This document shows positions 1 to 11,626 of a stretch of DNA of 64,000 bases, piece after piece. The stretch lies in the NCBI GenBank assembly GCA_965219455.1, contig OZ244744.1, positions 2,656,001 through 2,720,000 on the forward strand. The letters run 5' to 3'. The number at the start of each line of letters is the position of its first letter. The stretch's first letter is position 1. The stretch is from Candidatus Latescibacterota bacterium (GTDB lineage Bacteria > Latescibacterota > UBA2968 > GCA-2709665). The notes beneath the pieces were generated by a model that had not been told where the DNA came from, did no database searches, and was given only the letters and a program-made list of their open reading frames with translations. The position numbers and the translations under genes were made by a program.

Positions 1-3000
1 CACCTTTTTGGCATTTGCAAGGCGTTCGCCAGGGCCGTTGCCCTCCAACTCCGCCTCAATCAGCACCCGGTCACCCAGGGAAAATTGCAGTGGGACGGGC
101 GCAGCCGCCACCCAGTCCTCCACCTGCTTTCGCGTCAACATTCGATCCGGTGGAAACGTGATCGCCAGCGTTCGGCCCGTCCGTACCGTGTGCGCGCGAA
201 GCTGCCGGGCCAGTATCCGCATGGCTATTGTATCCAGCAGCGCCGTAGCGGGCGCCGGTAAAGGTCCGAACCGATCCGCCATCTCCTCTTCCAATGCAAG
301 GGTCTCCACCGTCTGCCGGCACTCACCCAGCCGCTGGTAAAATTGCATCTTCAGATCTTCATCTGATATATAGGTTTCCGGAATATAGGCGGATACGGCC
401 ACCTGTACCTCCGGCTCGGCCGCAGGTTCCGCCTCGTTGCCGTGTATCTGACCGATCGCCTCATTCAGTAACCGGCAATAGAGTTCGAAACCTACCGCCG
501 TAATGTGCCCATGTTGCTGCGCGCCCAGAAGATTGCCCGTCCCCCGGATCTCCATGTCTCGCATCGAAATATTGAAGCCGGAGCCCAGATCCGCGAATTC
601 CTCGATGGCGCGCAGACGACGGACGGACGGCTTTTTCAGTGATTTCCACGAAGGAATCAGAAGATACGCATACGCCTGCCGCGTGGACCGGCCCACGCGG
701 CCGCGAAGCTGGTAGAGTTGCGCGAGTCCCATCCTGTCGGCACGGTTCACAATCAGCGTATTCACACTGGGGATATCCAACCCCGACTCGATTATCATCG
801 TGGAAACCAGGCAGTCGTACCTGCCTTCCAGGAAATCCATCATCGCCTTTTCGAGTTGTCTTTCCGGCATTTGACCATGGGCCACCCCAAACCGCACCTG
901 TGGGACAAGCTGCTCCAGAAAATTCACGATGGCCGACATCGACTGCACCCTGTTGTGGACAAAATACACCTGCCCCCCTCGGTCGACCTCCCGCAGAATG
1001 GCCTCCGCGACCCTTTCTTCGTCAAACGGCAGGACTTCGGTCGTAATCGGCAGCCGGTCTTTGGGAGGCGTTCGGATAATCGACATATCCCGGGCCCCCA
1101 TCAGGGACATATGAAGTGTCCTGGGAATCGGCGTCGCCGTCAGCGTCAGTACATCCACCTGCCGCCGTACCTGCTTGAGCCGCTCCTTATGGCGTACGCC
1201 GAACCGGTGTTCTTCATCGATCACAAGCAACCCGAGATTCCGAAACCGAACGTCCTGCGACAGCAGGCGGTGTGTACCGACCGCAACATCCACCCGTCCG
1301 GCCGCCAGGCCGGCGAGTGCCGTCCGTTGCTCCCTGGGTGTGCGGAACCGGCTCAATACATCGACGGTAACCGGCAGGCCGTCCATTCGCTCCTTGAACG
1401 TCCGGAAGTGCTGCTGCGCGAGAATGGTGGTTGGCGCCAGAACCGCAACCTGCTTTCCGTCGGCCACGGCCTTGAACGCAGCACGCACCGCGATTTCGGT
1501 CTTCCCGTATCCCACGTCGCCGCAAACCAGTCGATCCATCGGCGCCGAAGTTTCCATGTCCTTTTTGACTTCCTGAATCGTCTGAAGCTGATCCCTCGTT
1601 TCCTGAAACGGAAACGAGGCTTCAAGCGCCCTCTGGAGCGCTGTGTCAACCGAAAACTCCATACCGGGAGTCGCCTTCCGCTCCGCGTAAAGAGACAGCA
1701 ACTCCGCCGCCATCTTGAAGACCTCCTTTTTGGCCTTTTCCTTTACGCGTTCCCATGTTGCCGTACCCAGTTTGCTCAATGCCGGGGCGATACTGTCCTG
1801 TCCTGCATACTTCTGTACACGGTCCATCTGATCCACCGGAACGAACACCCGGTCGCCGCCCCGATAGAACATGGCCAGACAGTCCTGCCGGATTCCGTCC
1901 ACCGTGAGATGCTCGATCCCTTCGTAGCGCCCGATGCCGTGGTCCACGTGTACCACGAAATCGCCGGCTCGCAGGCTCGAAATGCTTCGGATGGGCGTGG
2001 CGTCCTTGAACCGCCTGTAACGGCGGCGGCGGCGCGCAAGGGTGTAAATCTCGTGGTCGTTCAGTACCACCACCCGCGCCGTTGGGGACGTGAACGTAAA
2101 GCCGCTGTGCAGGGTGCCCACGTATATCGTTAACAGGTTCTCCTCTTCTTCCAGCAGTTCTTCAAACCGCGCTTTCTGGCCCTGGCTCTCGCACAACAGC
2201 ACCACCTCGTAGTCCGCTTGCCAGTGTCTCCTCATATCTTCCTTCAATGTTTCCAGATGGCCCTCATATCGCCGGCCACCGATGCCCGAAAAGTGGACGC
2301 CGTCTTCCGAACGTCCGCCCAGCGGCCAGTTCAGAACCCGGCGCATACCGGCCAGCCGTTTCAGAATCGCCTCCGGATGCCGGGCTACGGCATTCGCCGG
2401 AAGCGGTTCCGGCTCTCCACGCCTCTTCTTCTGGCGCCGGGCCGCCACCTCCACCCGCGCCCACGCGTCGGTCGCTGCCGTTTCGACGGCGCCGGGGTCG
2501 TCCACAACGACATAACCGTCCGAAACGTGGTCCAACAGGCAGGTTTTCTCCCTGTATAGAACGCCCAGGTACTGCTCCAGCCCGTCGAACGCGCCCTGGC
2601 TGTCCATCATTTCACGCAGCCCCTCCAGGCCCATTCCAAGCCGACGTTCCGCTTCGGCCAGGTGCGTCGCATACACGTCCGACAGTGTCTCGACCAGGAC
2701 TGCCTCGCGGCACGGCAGCACCCTCACGGTCTCGTGCCTGGCAACCGACCGCTGCGTTCCCAGATCAAACGCGCGAATCGATTCCACCTCATCGCCAAAA
2801 AACTCGATTCGGATCGGATGCGTGCCGCCAAACGAGCAGACGTCCAGGATTCCCCCCCGTACGCTGAACTGACCCACCCCGCCCACCAGCGTCACTCGCT
2901 CATATCCAATATCCACCAGATGTTCAGCCAGTGTATCGGGCGCAACCTCCTCCCCGACCCGTATCTCCCGGACAGCCAGATCGTACAGGTCCGGCGAAAG

Positions 3001-3393
3001 GGTATGGCTCATCAGGGAATCCACCGGCGTAACCACAACCCCGCAACCTGCCCCCTGTAACTGATCCAACGCCTCGAGCCGAAGCCCCATCACGTCGAGA
3101 TGGGGCGACCGACGGTCGTACGGCGACCCGCCCCACGCGGGAAAAATCCCGACTCGGCTCGAACCCATCACACGCTCCAGATCGTCGCGCACTTTTTCCG
3201 TCCGGTCCTCCGAATCGCACACCACCAATACAGGCCCTGGCGCCGTCTCCTCCACCCACGCAATGCCGAACGCAGTGAGCGAGCCCGGCAACCCGCGCAC
3301 CGGAATCGCAGGCGTACGGGCTTCGATCAGACGCGCCAGTTCCTCAAACGGCTGCGACTTCACCATCCTGTCGTACATCCGTTTGATCGACAT
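1..3393 (-). CDS. mfd: Transcription-repair coupling factor Mfd (3' end runs off the window)
   Basis: Not in the ORF track because it is edge-truncated. Hand translation from ATG at 3393 (MSIKRMYDRMVKSQPFEELARL) gives CGDVGYGKTEVA, VIDEEHRFG, LTATPIPRT and QLRGRVGRS; the frame ends ...ERLANAKKV at base 1. Confidence 0.95.
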   Translation of the reverse strand, partial: MSIKRMYDRMVKSQPFEELARLIEARTPAIPVRGLPGSLTAFGIAWVEETAPGPVLVVCDSEDRTEKVRDDLERVMGSSRVGIFPAWGGSPYDRRSPHLDVMGLRLEALDQLQGAGCGVVVTPVDSLMSHTLSPDLYDLAVREIRVGEEVAPDTLAEHLVDIGYERVTLVGGVGQFSVRGGILDVCSFGGTHPIRIEFFGDEVESIRAFDLGTQRSVARHETVRVLPCREAVLVETLSDVYATHLAEAERRLGMGLEGLREMMDSQGAFDGLEQYLGVLYREKTCLLDHVSDGYVVVDDPGAVETAATDAWARVEVAARRQKKRRGEPEPLPANAVARHPEAILKRLAGMRRVLNWPLGGRSEDGVHFSGIGGRRYEGHLETLKEDMRRHWQADYEVVLLCESQGQKARFEELLEEEENLLTIYVGTLHSGFTFTSPTARVVVLNDHEIYTLARRRRRYRRFKDATPIRSISSLRAGDFVVHVDHGIGRYEGIEHLTVDGIRQDCLAMFYRGGDRVFVPVDQMDRVQKYAGQDSIAPALSKLGTATWERVKEKAKKEVFKMAAELLSLYAERKATPGMEFSVDTALQRALEASFPFQETRDQLQTIQEVKKDMETSAPMDRLVCGDVGYGKTEIAVRAAFKAVADGKQVAVLAPTTILAQQHFRTFKERMDGLPVTVDVLSRFRTPREQRTALAGLAAGRVDVAVGTHRLLSQDVRFRNLGLLVIDEEHRFGVRHKERLKQVRRQVDVLTLTATPIPRTLHMSLMGARDMSIIRTPPKDRLPITTEVLPFDEERVAEAILREVDRGGQVYFVHNRVQSMSAIVNFLEQLVPQVRFGVAHGQMPERQLEKAMMDFLEGRYDCLVSTMIIESGLDIPSVNTLIVNRADRMGLAQLYQLRGRVGRSTRQAYAYLLIPSWKSLKKPSVRRLRAIEEFADLGSGFNISMRDMEIRGTGNLLGAQQHGHITAVGFELYCRLLNEAIGQIHGNEAEPAAEPEVQVAVSAYIPETYISDEDLKMQFYQRLGECRQTVETLALEEEMADRFGPLPAPATALLDTIAMRILARQLRAHTVRTGRTLAITFPPDRMLTRKQVEDWVAAAPVPLQFSLGDRVLIEAELEGNGPGERLANAKKV

Positions 3394-3595
3394 TCAAATT
3401 CCCCCGGATCCCGTCGGCCGCCGCACTCCCGCACGTGAAGAAGCCGTCTGCGAAAAACGTCAACCACGGGATCACATTCGCAAGGGTCTACCGTCCATTG
3501 AACCGGAGCAGGGTCGTCCGCAACACCAAAACGCCCGACCCAGCTTTGAGTCGGGCATCGTCAACACAAACACAAAAAACCACCCATCCCGATTA

Positions 3596-3756
3596 GAAGC
3601 TGTTTTAAAATTCCTGGTGAGTCCCGAGCGCGAGCGAAAAAGTGACGGTCAAGGCGGGAGAATCCGCCCATATCTAAAGATACGGGTGGATTTGACCAAC
3701 GCCGACCGTCGCTTTTGCAGCCGCGCGAAGACCGCTGGGGATTTTAAAACAGCTTC
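3596..3756. mobile_element. MITE-like palindromic element, about 160 bp
   Basis: Terminal inverted repeats GAAGCTGTTTTAAAAT / ATTTTAAAACAGCTTC, flanked by TTA on both sides. Inner nested stems AAAAGTGACGGTC/GACCGTCGCTTTT and AATCCGCCCATATC/GATACGGGTGGATT. Confidence 0.7.
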
Positions 3757-3840
3757 TTAGGGAAGTGGTGGGAGTCCGTGATCCTCCCCAACTGCGGAGG
3801 GCGGTACGGAGAGGCCTTCCGTGGCCATCCTTCGGTTATA

Positions 3841-3919
3841 TGGCGGGGTAGACGGGGCTCGAACCCGCGACCTCAGGCGTGACAGGCCTGCACTCTAACC
3901 AATGCTGAGCTACTACCCC
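3841..3919 (-). tRNA. tRNA-Asp (GTC)
   Basis: GGGGTAG/CTACCCC acceptor stem, CAGGC-CTGTCAC-GCCTG anticodon arm, GGTTCGAGCCC T-arm, encoded CCA. Confidence 0.97.
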
Positions 3920-3967
3920 GCTCCATATGAACAAATGCTCAAATCGACCACATTTTGAGCGGGCGTA

Positions 3968-3996
3968 AAGATAACACAGCCCCCTGAAGCTGTCAA
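3968..3996 (-). promoter_or_regulatory. sigma70-type promoter for tRNA-Asp
   Basis: TTGACA-17 nt-TATCTT with an extended -10 TG. Confidence 0.7.
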
Positions 3997-4205
3997 GCCT
4001 TTTCAGGTATATTCCAATCCGTCGACGGGAGGTCGGAACCATCGCCAGACGACAACGCCGACGCGCGTTTCCCGGCGTGTCCCTCCTTGCCTCCGGTTAC
4101 CCTTTGTCTTATATTGATCCGTCGCTTCAATTCTGTCCCCGGTCGAAGATCGTTTGCGGGGCGGAGGCGATCTTCGACAATACGCGGTCAACCCTTATCC
4201 AGACC

Positions 4206-5525
4206 ATGGATTCCAGCATGCCCAACCACCGATCCCTCGGTATCGGCCTTATCGGCATGGGCGTCGTCGGCGCCGGCGTCGTTCGCATTCTCAAACAGCG
4301 CGCCGACCACTTCAGGTCCATACGTGGCGTGGCGTTCGATCTAAGGCGCATCGCCGTGCGGGATATCGCCAAGTCGCGCGACAGTGATCTGCCCGATGAT
4401 ATCCTCACCGCCAGCGCCAGCGAGGTCATTGAAGATCCCGATATTCAGATTGTCGTTGAAGTGATGGGGGGGCTCGACCCCGCAAGGGAACTCTGCCTGA
4501 ACGCGCTCGAGAATGGAAAAGACCTGGCCACCGCCAACAAGGCCCTGCTCGCTGAACACGGCGACGACCTTTTCAGCGCCGCCGCACGCAATGGCGCAAA
4601 CATCGGCTTTGAAGCCAGCGTCTGCGGCGGCATACCCATCATCCGGTCACTGACGGATGGCCTGGCAGCCAACCGAATTCAGTCCATCTACGGGATTCTC
4701 AATGGTACCACCAACTACATTCTTACGAGGATGACCGATGATGGCGGAGACTTTCAGGCCATGCTCCGGCGGGCTCAGGAAAAGGGGTTTGCCGAAGCGG
4801 ATCCTACCATGGACATCGACGGTACGGACGTCGCCCAGAAACTCGCCCTTCTGTGCCGCATCGCCTTCCGTGTTAGCCTGAATCCATCGCACATCCTCAA
4901 AGAGGGTATCTCGCACGTCTCTCCGCTGGACGTCGACTTCGCCAGGGAACTCGGATATACCATCAAACTCCTGGCCATTGCGAAAGCAATTCAAAACCGA
5001 ATTGAAGCCCGCGTCCACCCCGTCCTGGTGCCCTCCGGCGCACTGCTGGCAAATATCAAGGACGAATTCAACGCCGTGGAGATCGTGGGCAATGCCGCTG
5101 GCCCGCAAGTCTTTTACGGCCGCGGCGCCGGACAGATGCCCACGGCCAGCGCCGTGGTTTCCGACCTGCTCGACCTGGCCGAACGCCGTGTGACGAACCG
5201 ATCCACAGGCCACGCGCCCCTCGCCGATCTGCCATCCGCCGACGCTATTCCGCCCGAAGAGGTCGAAACCAGCTTTTACTGCCGCTTTACCGTATATGAT
5301 CAGCCCGGCGTACTCGCACGGATCGCCCGCATTTTTTCAGAACAGCAAATCAGCATCGCGACCGTTATCCAGCACGGTCGGTCTGAAACCGAACAGGGCA
5401 CGGTGCCGCTAATCATGACAACCCACGAGGCCCGCGAAGCCAGTATGCGTACGGCCGTTCAGCAAATCGATCGACTGTCCATAATCACCGAACCGTCTCA
5501 GATCCTCCGCATTGAAGCGCTGTAG
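4206..5525 (+). CDS. hom: Homoserine dehydrogenase with C-terminal ACT domain
   Basis: GLIGMGVVG, TANKALLA, FEASVCGGIP, GILNGTTNYIL, GFAEADPT and DQPGVLA (ACT). Start is ATG 4206 or 4218. Confidence 0.95.
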   Translation: MDSSMPNHRSLGIGLIGMGVVGAGVVRILKQRADHFRSIRGVAFDLRRIAVRDIAKSRDSDLPDDILTASASEVIEDPDIQIVVEVMGGLDPARELCLNALENGKDLATANKALLAEHGDDLFSAAARNGANIGFEASVCGGIPIIRSLTDGLAANRIQSIYGILNGTTNYILTRMTDDGGDFQAMLRRAQEKGFAEADPTMDIDGTDVAQKLALLCRIAFRVSLNPSHILKEGISHVSPLDVDFARELGYTIKLLAIAKAIQNRIEARVHPVLVPSGALLANIKDEFNAVEIVGNAAGPQVFYGRGAGQMPTASAVVSDLLDLAERRVTNRSTGHAPLADLPSADAIPPEEVETSFYCRFTVYDQPGVLARIARIFSEQQISIATVIQHGRSETEQGTVPLIMTTHEAREASMRTAVQQIDRLSIITEPSQILRIEAL

Positions 5526-5556
5526 ACAAAACCGGCGGCGGATCGGGGATCAATTC

Positions 5557-8043
5557 CTATTGCACGTCTCCGTTGGGTCCGGTCTCCGGCGGAAGGCCTT
5601 CTGACCCCTCCCCGTTACTCTGGGAAATCACGCGCGCAACGTCGATCACCTCGTCGTCGTCGTCAAGATTTATGAGCCGCACGCCCTGCGTATTCCTTCC
5701 TATCGAACTGATTTCCCCGATCGGTTGCCGGATCAGGATTCCGTTCAGGGACACAATCATCAGTTCATCCTCGTCCACCACACCTTTCACCGCCACCACC
5801 TTGCCGTTTCGTTCGGTGGTCCTGATGTTGATCACGCCCTTGCCGCCCCGGCGGGTCAGCCGGTAGTCCGACACCTCCGTCCGTTTACCGAATCCCTTTG
5901 CCGAGACCGTAACCAGGGTGCTGCCGGCGTCCTGCACCACCACCATGCACACGACCTCGTCGTCTCCCTCCAGGGAAATCCCCCTCACGCCCTGGGCCCC
6001 GCGCCCCATATCGCGCACATCCTGCTCCTGAAACCGGATGGCCTGGCCGTTTCTGGTTGCCAGCACAATCTCCTGTGACCCGTTCGTGACTTCGGCTCCG
6101 ATCAGCCGGTCGTCGTCCAGAATATGCATCGCAATTATTCCTCCCCGCCGTGGCCGGCTGTACGCGGGCAAGACCGTCTTTTTGACCTGACCGTTGCGTG
6201 TTACCTTCATCAGATAGTGTCCGTCGTCAAATGCCCTGACCGGCACGATGGCGGCCACCTTGTGACCCTCGTCGATCTCGATCAGGTTGACCACCGGACG
6301 CCCGCGGGAAACACGCCCGCCTTCGGGAATCTCGTGTACCTTCAGCCAGTGACAGTGACCCCGATCCGTCAGAAACAGAATGTAGCTGTGCGTGGAAGCG
6401 ATGAAGAGATGTTCCACGAAATCTTCTTCTTTGGTCCGCATCCCCGTCACGCCGCGCCCGCCCCTGCGCTGCTGGCGGTAGGTGTCCACCGGAATTCGTT
6501 TGATATATCCCTGATGGGAAATGGTGATGACCATGTCCTCGTCGGCGATCAGGTCTTCGATATTGAACTCCGAAGCGGAAAATACGACGTCGGTTCGTCG
6601 TTCATCCCCGTACTTCGCTTCAACCTCCAGTAATTCCGACCTCACAAGGCCCATTCGCTCCGGCCTGCTGTTCAGAATCGACCTCAGCCGCGCGATTTCA
6701 TTAACCAGTGCCACGTATTCCTCTTCAATTTTCCGGTGTTCAAGTCCCGTCAGCCGCTGTATCGTCATCGTCAGAACCGCTTGCGCCTGCCTTTCGGACA
6801 GGGTCAACCGTTCCATCAGGATCGAACGGGCAGCATCCGGATCGGCCGCCCCCCGGACGATTTTAATCACCTCTTCAATCGCATCCAGCGCAATTCTCAA
6901 TCCTTCCAGGATATGCGCGCGATCTTCCGCCACCTTAAGCTCGTACCTGGTGCGTCGCTCCACCACGTCGTGCCGGTGATCGATATAGTGCTGAAGCAGT
7001 TGTTTCAGGTTCAACTGCCTGGGCTGCCTGTCCACCAGCGCAATCATATTGGCGCCGAACGTGCTTTCAAGTTGGGTATGTTTGTAAAGCTGGTTCAGGA
7101 CCACTTCGCTGTAGGCATCCTGTTTCAGTTCCACCACAACCCGCATACCCTTGCGGTCGGACTCGTCCCGAATATTCGATATCCCTTCAACCCGCTTCTC
7201 CCGAACCAGATCGGCCATCTTCTCCAGAAGCGTGGCTTTGGCCACCATATAAGGGATTTCGGTAATGACGATGTTTTCGCGCCCGTTCTTCAAGGACTCC
7301 GCGTTGGCGGTCGCCCGCACCCTGATCAACCCCCTGCCGGTACGGTAGGCATCCAGCACGCCGCTCATCCCGTAAATCACCCCGCCCGTTGGAAAATCGG
7401 GCCCCTTGATGTATTCCATGAGATCCATGACTTCCAGGTTGGGATCGTCGATCAATGCCACCAGCCCGGCGACCACTTCGCGGAGGTTGTGGGGCGGCAT
7501 TGCCGTGGCCATGGTCACGGCAATGCCCACGGATCCGTTGCAGAGCATATTCGGAAAACGCGATGGCAGGACAGTGGGTTCCTCGAGCCGTTCGTCGTAA
7601 TTCGGGTTGAAATCCACCGTATCCTTGTCAAGGCCCTGCAACATCTCGCTGCCCGGGCCGGCCATCCTCGCCTCGGTATAACGCATGGCCGCTGGGGGAT
7701 ACCCGTCGATCGAGCCGAAATTACCCTGTCCGTCCACGAGCGGATAGCGCAGCTTGAAGTCCTGCGCCAGGTTGACCAGCGTCGGGTAGACGATTTCCTC
7801 GCCGTGAGGGTGGTAGTTCCCAGACGTATGCCCGGCAATGTTGGCGCACTTTCTGTGCTGGCGCGTGGGCCCCAGGCCCAGGTCGTTCATCGCAATGAGG
7901 ATGCGCCGTTGCGAGGGTTTGAGCCCATCACGCACATCCGGCAACGCACGATTCACCAGCGTACTCATGGAATAGTCCAGCATCGACTTCTTCAGTTCAT
8001 CGCCGATGTCCATCGGGACAATCCGCTGCCGCGCGCTCATCAT
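5557..8043 (-). CDS. gyrA: DNA gyrase subunit A
   Basis: RALPDVRDGLKP, YHPHG, AAMRYTE (catalytic Tyr), GyrA box QRRGGRG and beta-pinwheel repeats. Confidence 0.97.
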   Translation of the reverse strand: MMSARQRIVPMDIGDELKKSMLDYSMSTLVNRALPDVRDGLKPSQRRILIAMNDLGLGPTRQHRKCANIAGHTSGNYHPHGEEIVYPTLVNLAQDFKLRYPLVDGQGNFGSIDGYPPAAMRYTEARMAGPGSEMLQGLDKDTVDFNPNYDERLEEPTVLPSRFPNMLCNGSVGIAVTMATAMPPHNLREVVAGLVALIDDPNLEVMDLMEYIKGPDFPTGGVIYGMSGVLDAYRTGRGLIRVRATANAESLKNGRENIVITEIPYMVAKATLLEKMADLVREKRVEGISNIRDESDRKGMRVVVELKQDAYSEVVLNQLYKHTQLESTFGANMIALVDRQPRQLNLKQLLQHYIDHRHDVVERRTRYELKVAEDRAHILEGLRIALDAIEEVIKIVRGAADPDAARSILMERLTLSERQAQAVLTMTIQRLTGLEHRKIEEEYVALVNEIARLRSILNSRPERMGLVRSELLEVEAKYGDERRTDVVFSASEFNIEDLIADEDMVITISHQGYIKRIPVDTYRQQRRGGRGVTGMRTKEEDFVEHLFIASTHSYILFLTDRGHCHWLKVHEIPEGGRVSRGRPVVNLIEIDEGHKVAAIVPVRAFDDGHYLMKVTRNGQVKKTVLPAYSRPRRGGIIAMHILDDDRLIGAEVTNGSQEIVLATRNGQAIRFQEQDVRDMGRGAQGVRGISLEGDDEVVCMVVVQDAGSTLVTVSAKGFGKRTEVSDYRLTRRGGKGVINIRTTERNGKVVAVKGVVDEDELMIVSLNGILIRQPIGEISSIGRNTQGVRLINLDDDDEVIDVARVISQSNGEGSEGLPPETGPNGDVQ

Positions 8044-8114
8044 GCTTCGTATCTCCCGTGTATGTCAGTTCAATGCCCACTCCTGCGGTGTGGCAGGACA
8101 GGCGCGATACGCCT

Positions 8115-10058
<1,944 letters not shown>

Positions 10059-10158
10059 TCAACTCCTTTCGGGGATCGTTGTGTATCCCGGCTATTTCTC
10101 GAATAGAGCCTTTATCGCGTGGGGTTCATAATGATGCCGCCACCGCGCCCGTCGTTTA

Positions 10159-10503
10159 TCACCCGAACCGAATCGACGTTACGACGTCCCGCCCCAAGGC
10201 CTCGTTCAACCTGGCCTGGATACGATGCCGCTCGAACAGCAGCCGGTGGCGCACGGCATGCTGCCTGATCCAGATCACAAGCTCGCCTCGACGAATTTCG
10301 GCCGATCGGGCCATCGCGTCCGGCACACCGCTGAATTCGCCTATGACCTCGGGCAACAACGCCAGCGCACGCTCCTCCAGGATCCGAACCTCGATGCCCA
10401 GGGCCCGTACGGCCTCTCGCAAGGCCTCTGCCAGAGCAACGGTACCTGCGCCGGTACGATCGGACCGTCGTGTCTTGCTTCTAATCTCCTCAGAGTACGC
10501 CAT
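10159..10503 (-). CDS. DciA/DUF721 family protein
   Basis: 114 aa ORF in the conserved recF-gyrB position; C-terminal RLNEALGRDVVTSIRF resembles DUF721. Confidence 0.7.
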   Translation of the reverse strand: MAYSEEIRSKTRRSDRTGAGTVALAEALREAVRALGIEVRILEERALALLPEVIGEFSGVPDAMARSAEIRRGELVIWIRQHAVRHRLLFERHRIQARLNEALGRDVVTSIRFG

Positions 10504-10530
10504 TTTTTGATCCAGGCGGCGACATGGACG

Positions 10531-11613
10531 CTATAGCGTCAGCAATTGAAATCCCCGGTCCATTAAATTCAATTCGGGTTCGCGCGCGGACGTAATGAAC
10601 ACCTGCCCGAAGGAAGCGACAAGATCCATGGCCGCCTCTGCACGGTGTTGATCCAGTTCGGCGAAAATATCGTCCATCAGCAGCACTGGGGAACGGCCGG
10701 TGTGGGACTCCAGATAGGCTGCCTCGGAAAGCTTCCAGGCCAGGAGAATGCTCTTGAGTTGGCCCTTGGAGGCGAACTTTTGTGCGCTTCGACCATCTAA
10801 CGTGAAAATCAGATGGTCCCTGTGTGGGCCGACCAGCGTATAACCCAGATCCGCTTCGTCTGCCCGCCGTAGCCTGAGTTCGGCCTCCAGGATCTCCTGC
10901 CCACGGTCTCGTTCATCGGCTTTTACGGGGCTTCGGTATACGGACGCGATCTGTTCCCCGCTGTGCGAAATCTGACGATAATACGCATCGATCGTGGGCC
11001 GCATCGCATCCAGCGCGTCCAGCCTGTCGCGAATAATCCGCGCCCCCAGTTCCGCCAGTTGAACGTCCCAGGGAGCCAGTTGACGGACATCCAGGGCCCT
11101 CCCTTGGCCTTCTCTCAGCAGCCGGTTCCTCTGGGCCAGTACACGACGGTACTGATCCAGATCGGACAGATAAGAGGTCCGGCACTGAGAAACGAGGATG
11201 TCCAGGAGACGGCGACGCTGGGGGGGATCCCGCAAGACCAGATCTACATCTTCCGGGAAGAACAGAACGGCGTTAAAGGTGCCGATAAGGCCAGAAAGAC
11301 GAGGGAGTGGGGCCGCATCCAGAAGCGCTTTTTTTTTGCCCACGCGTCGATCGAATGCGATTCGGATCGACCTTGCGCGGTCTTCGTAGGCTACCGCCGC
11401 ATCGATGCTGAAGTATTCCGCCCCCCACCGAACGACGTCCCTGTCTCTTGAACCCCGACCGGACTTGGCTATGGCAAGAAAATATATCGCTTCCAGCAGG
11501 TTAGACTTGCCCGCGCCGTTTTCGGCGTAAACCACCGTCTTCCGGCCCGGAAACGCAAAGTCGACGGTATCGAAATTTCGATAGTTGACAAGCTTGAGGG
11601 CCGTAAGGTACAA
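10531..11613 (-). CDS. recF: DNA replication/repair protein RecF
   Basis: NYRNF, ENGAGKSNLLEAI, GPHRD and LLMDDIFAELD; TTG start. Confidence 0.95.
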   Translation of the reverse strand: MYLTALKLVNYRNFDTVDFAFPGRKTVVYAENGAGKSNLLEAIYFLAIAKSGRGSRDRDVVRWGAEYFSIDAAVAYEDRARSIRIAFDRRVGKKKALLDAAPLPRLSGLIGTFNAVLFFPEDVDLVLRDPPQRRRLLDILVSQCRTSYLSDLDQYRRVLAQRNRLLREGQGRALDVRQLAPWDVQLAELGARIIRDRLDALDAMRPTIDAYYRQISHSGEQIASVYRSPVKADERDRGQEILEAELRLRRADEADLGYTLVGPHRDHLIFTLDGRSAQKFASKGQLKSILLAWKLSEAAYLESHTGRSPVLLMDDIFAELDQHRAEAAMDLVASFGQVFITSAREPELNLMDRGFQLLTL

Positions 11614-11626
11614 AACGCATCGTCCA

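Noticed and set aside
718-2133. 471-aa plus-strand ORF, and similar long ORFs at 6736-8331, 28880-29962, 31379-33160, 35687-37108, 39815-41023, 45031-46176 and 54832-56361
   Set aside because: These are antisense shadows of well-supported genes in high-GC DNA and have no recognisable motifs.
3760-3860. tRNA-Asp as an integration site of an island
   Set aside because: I saw no duplicated tRNA 3' end and no integrase in the window, and the flanks are housekeeping genes.
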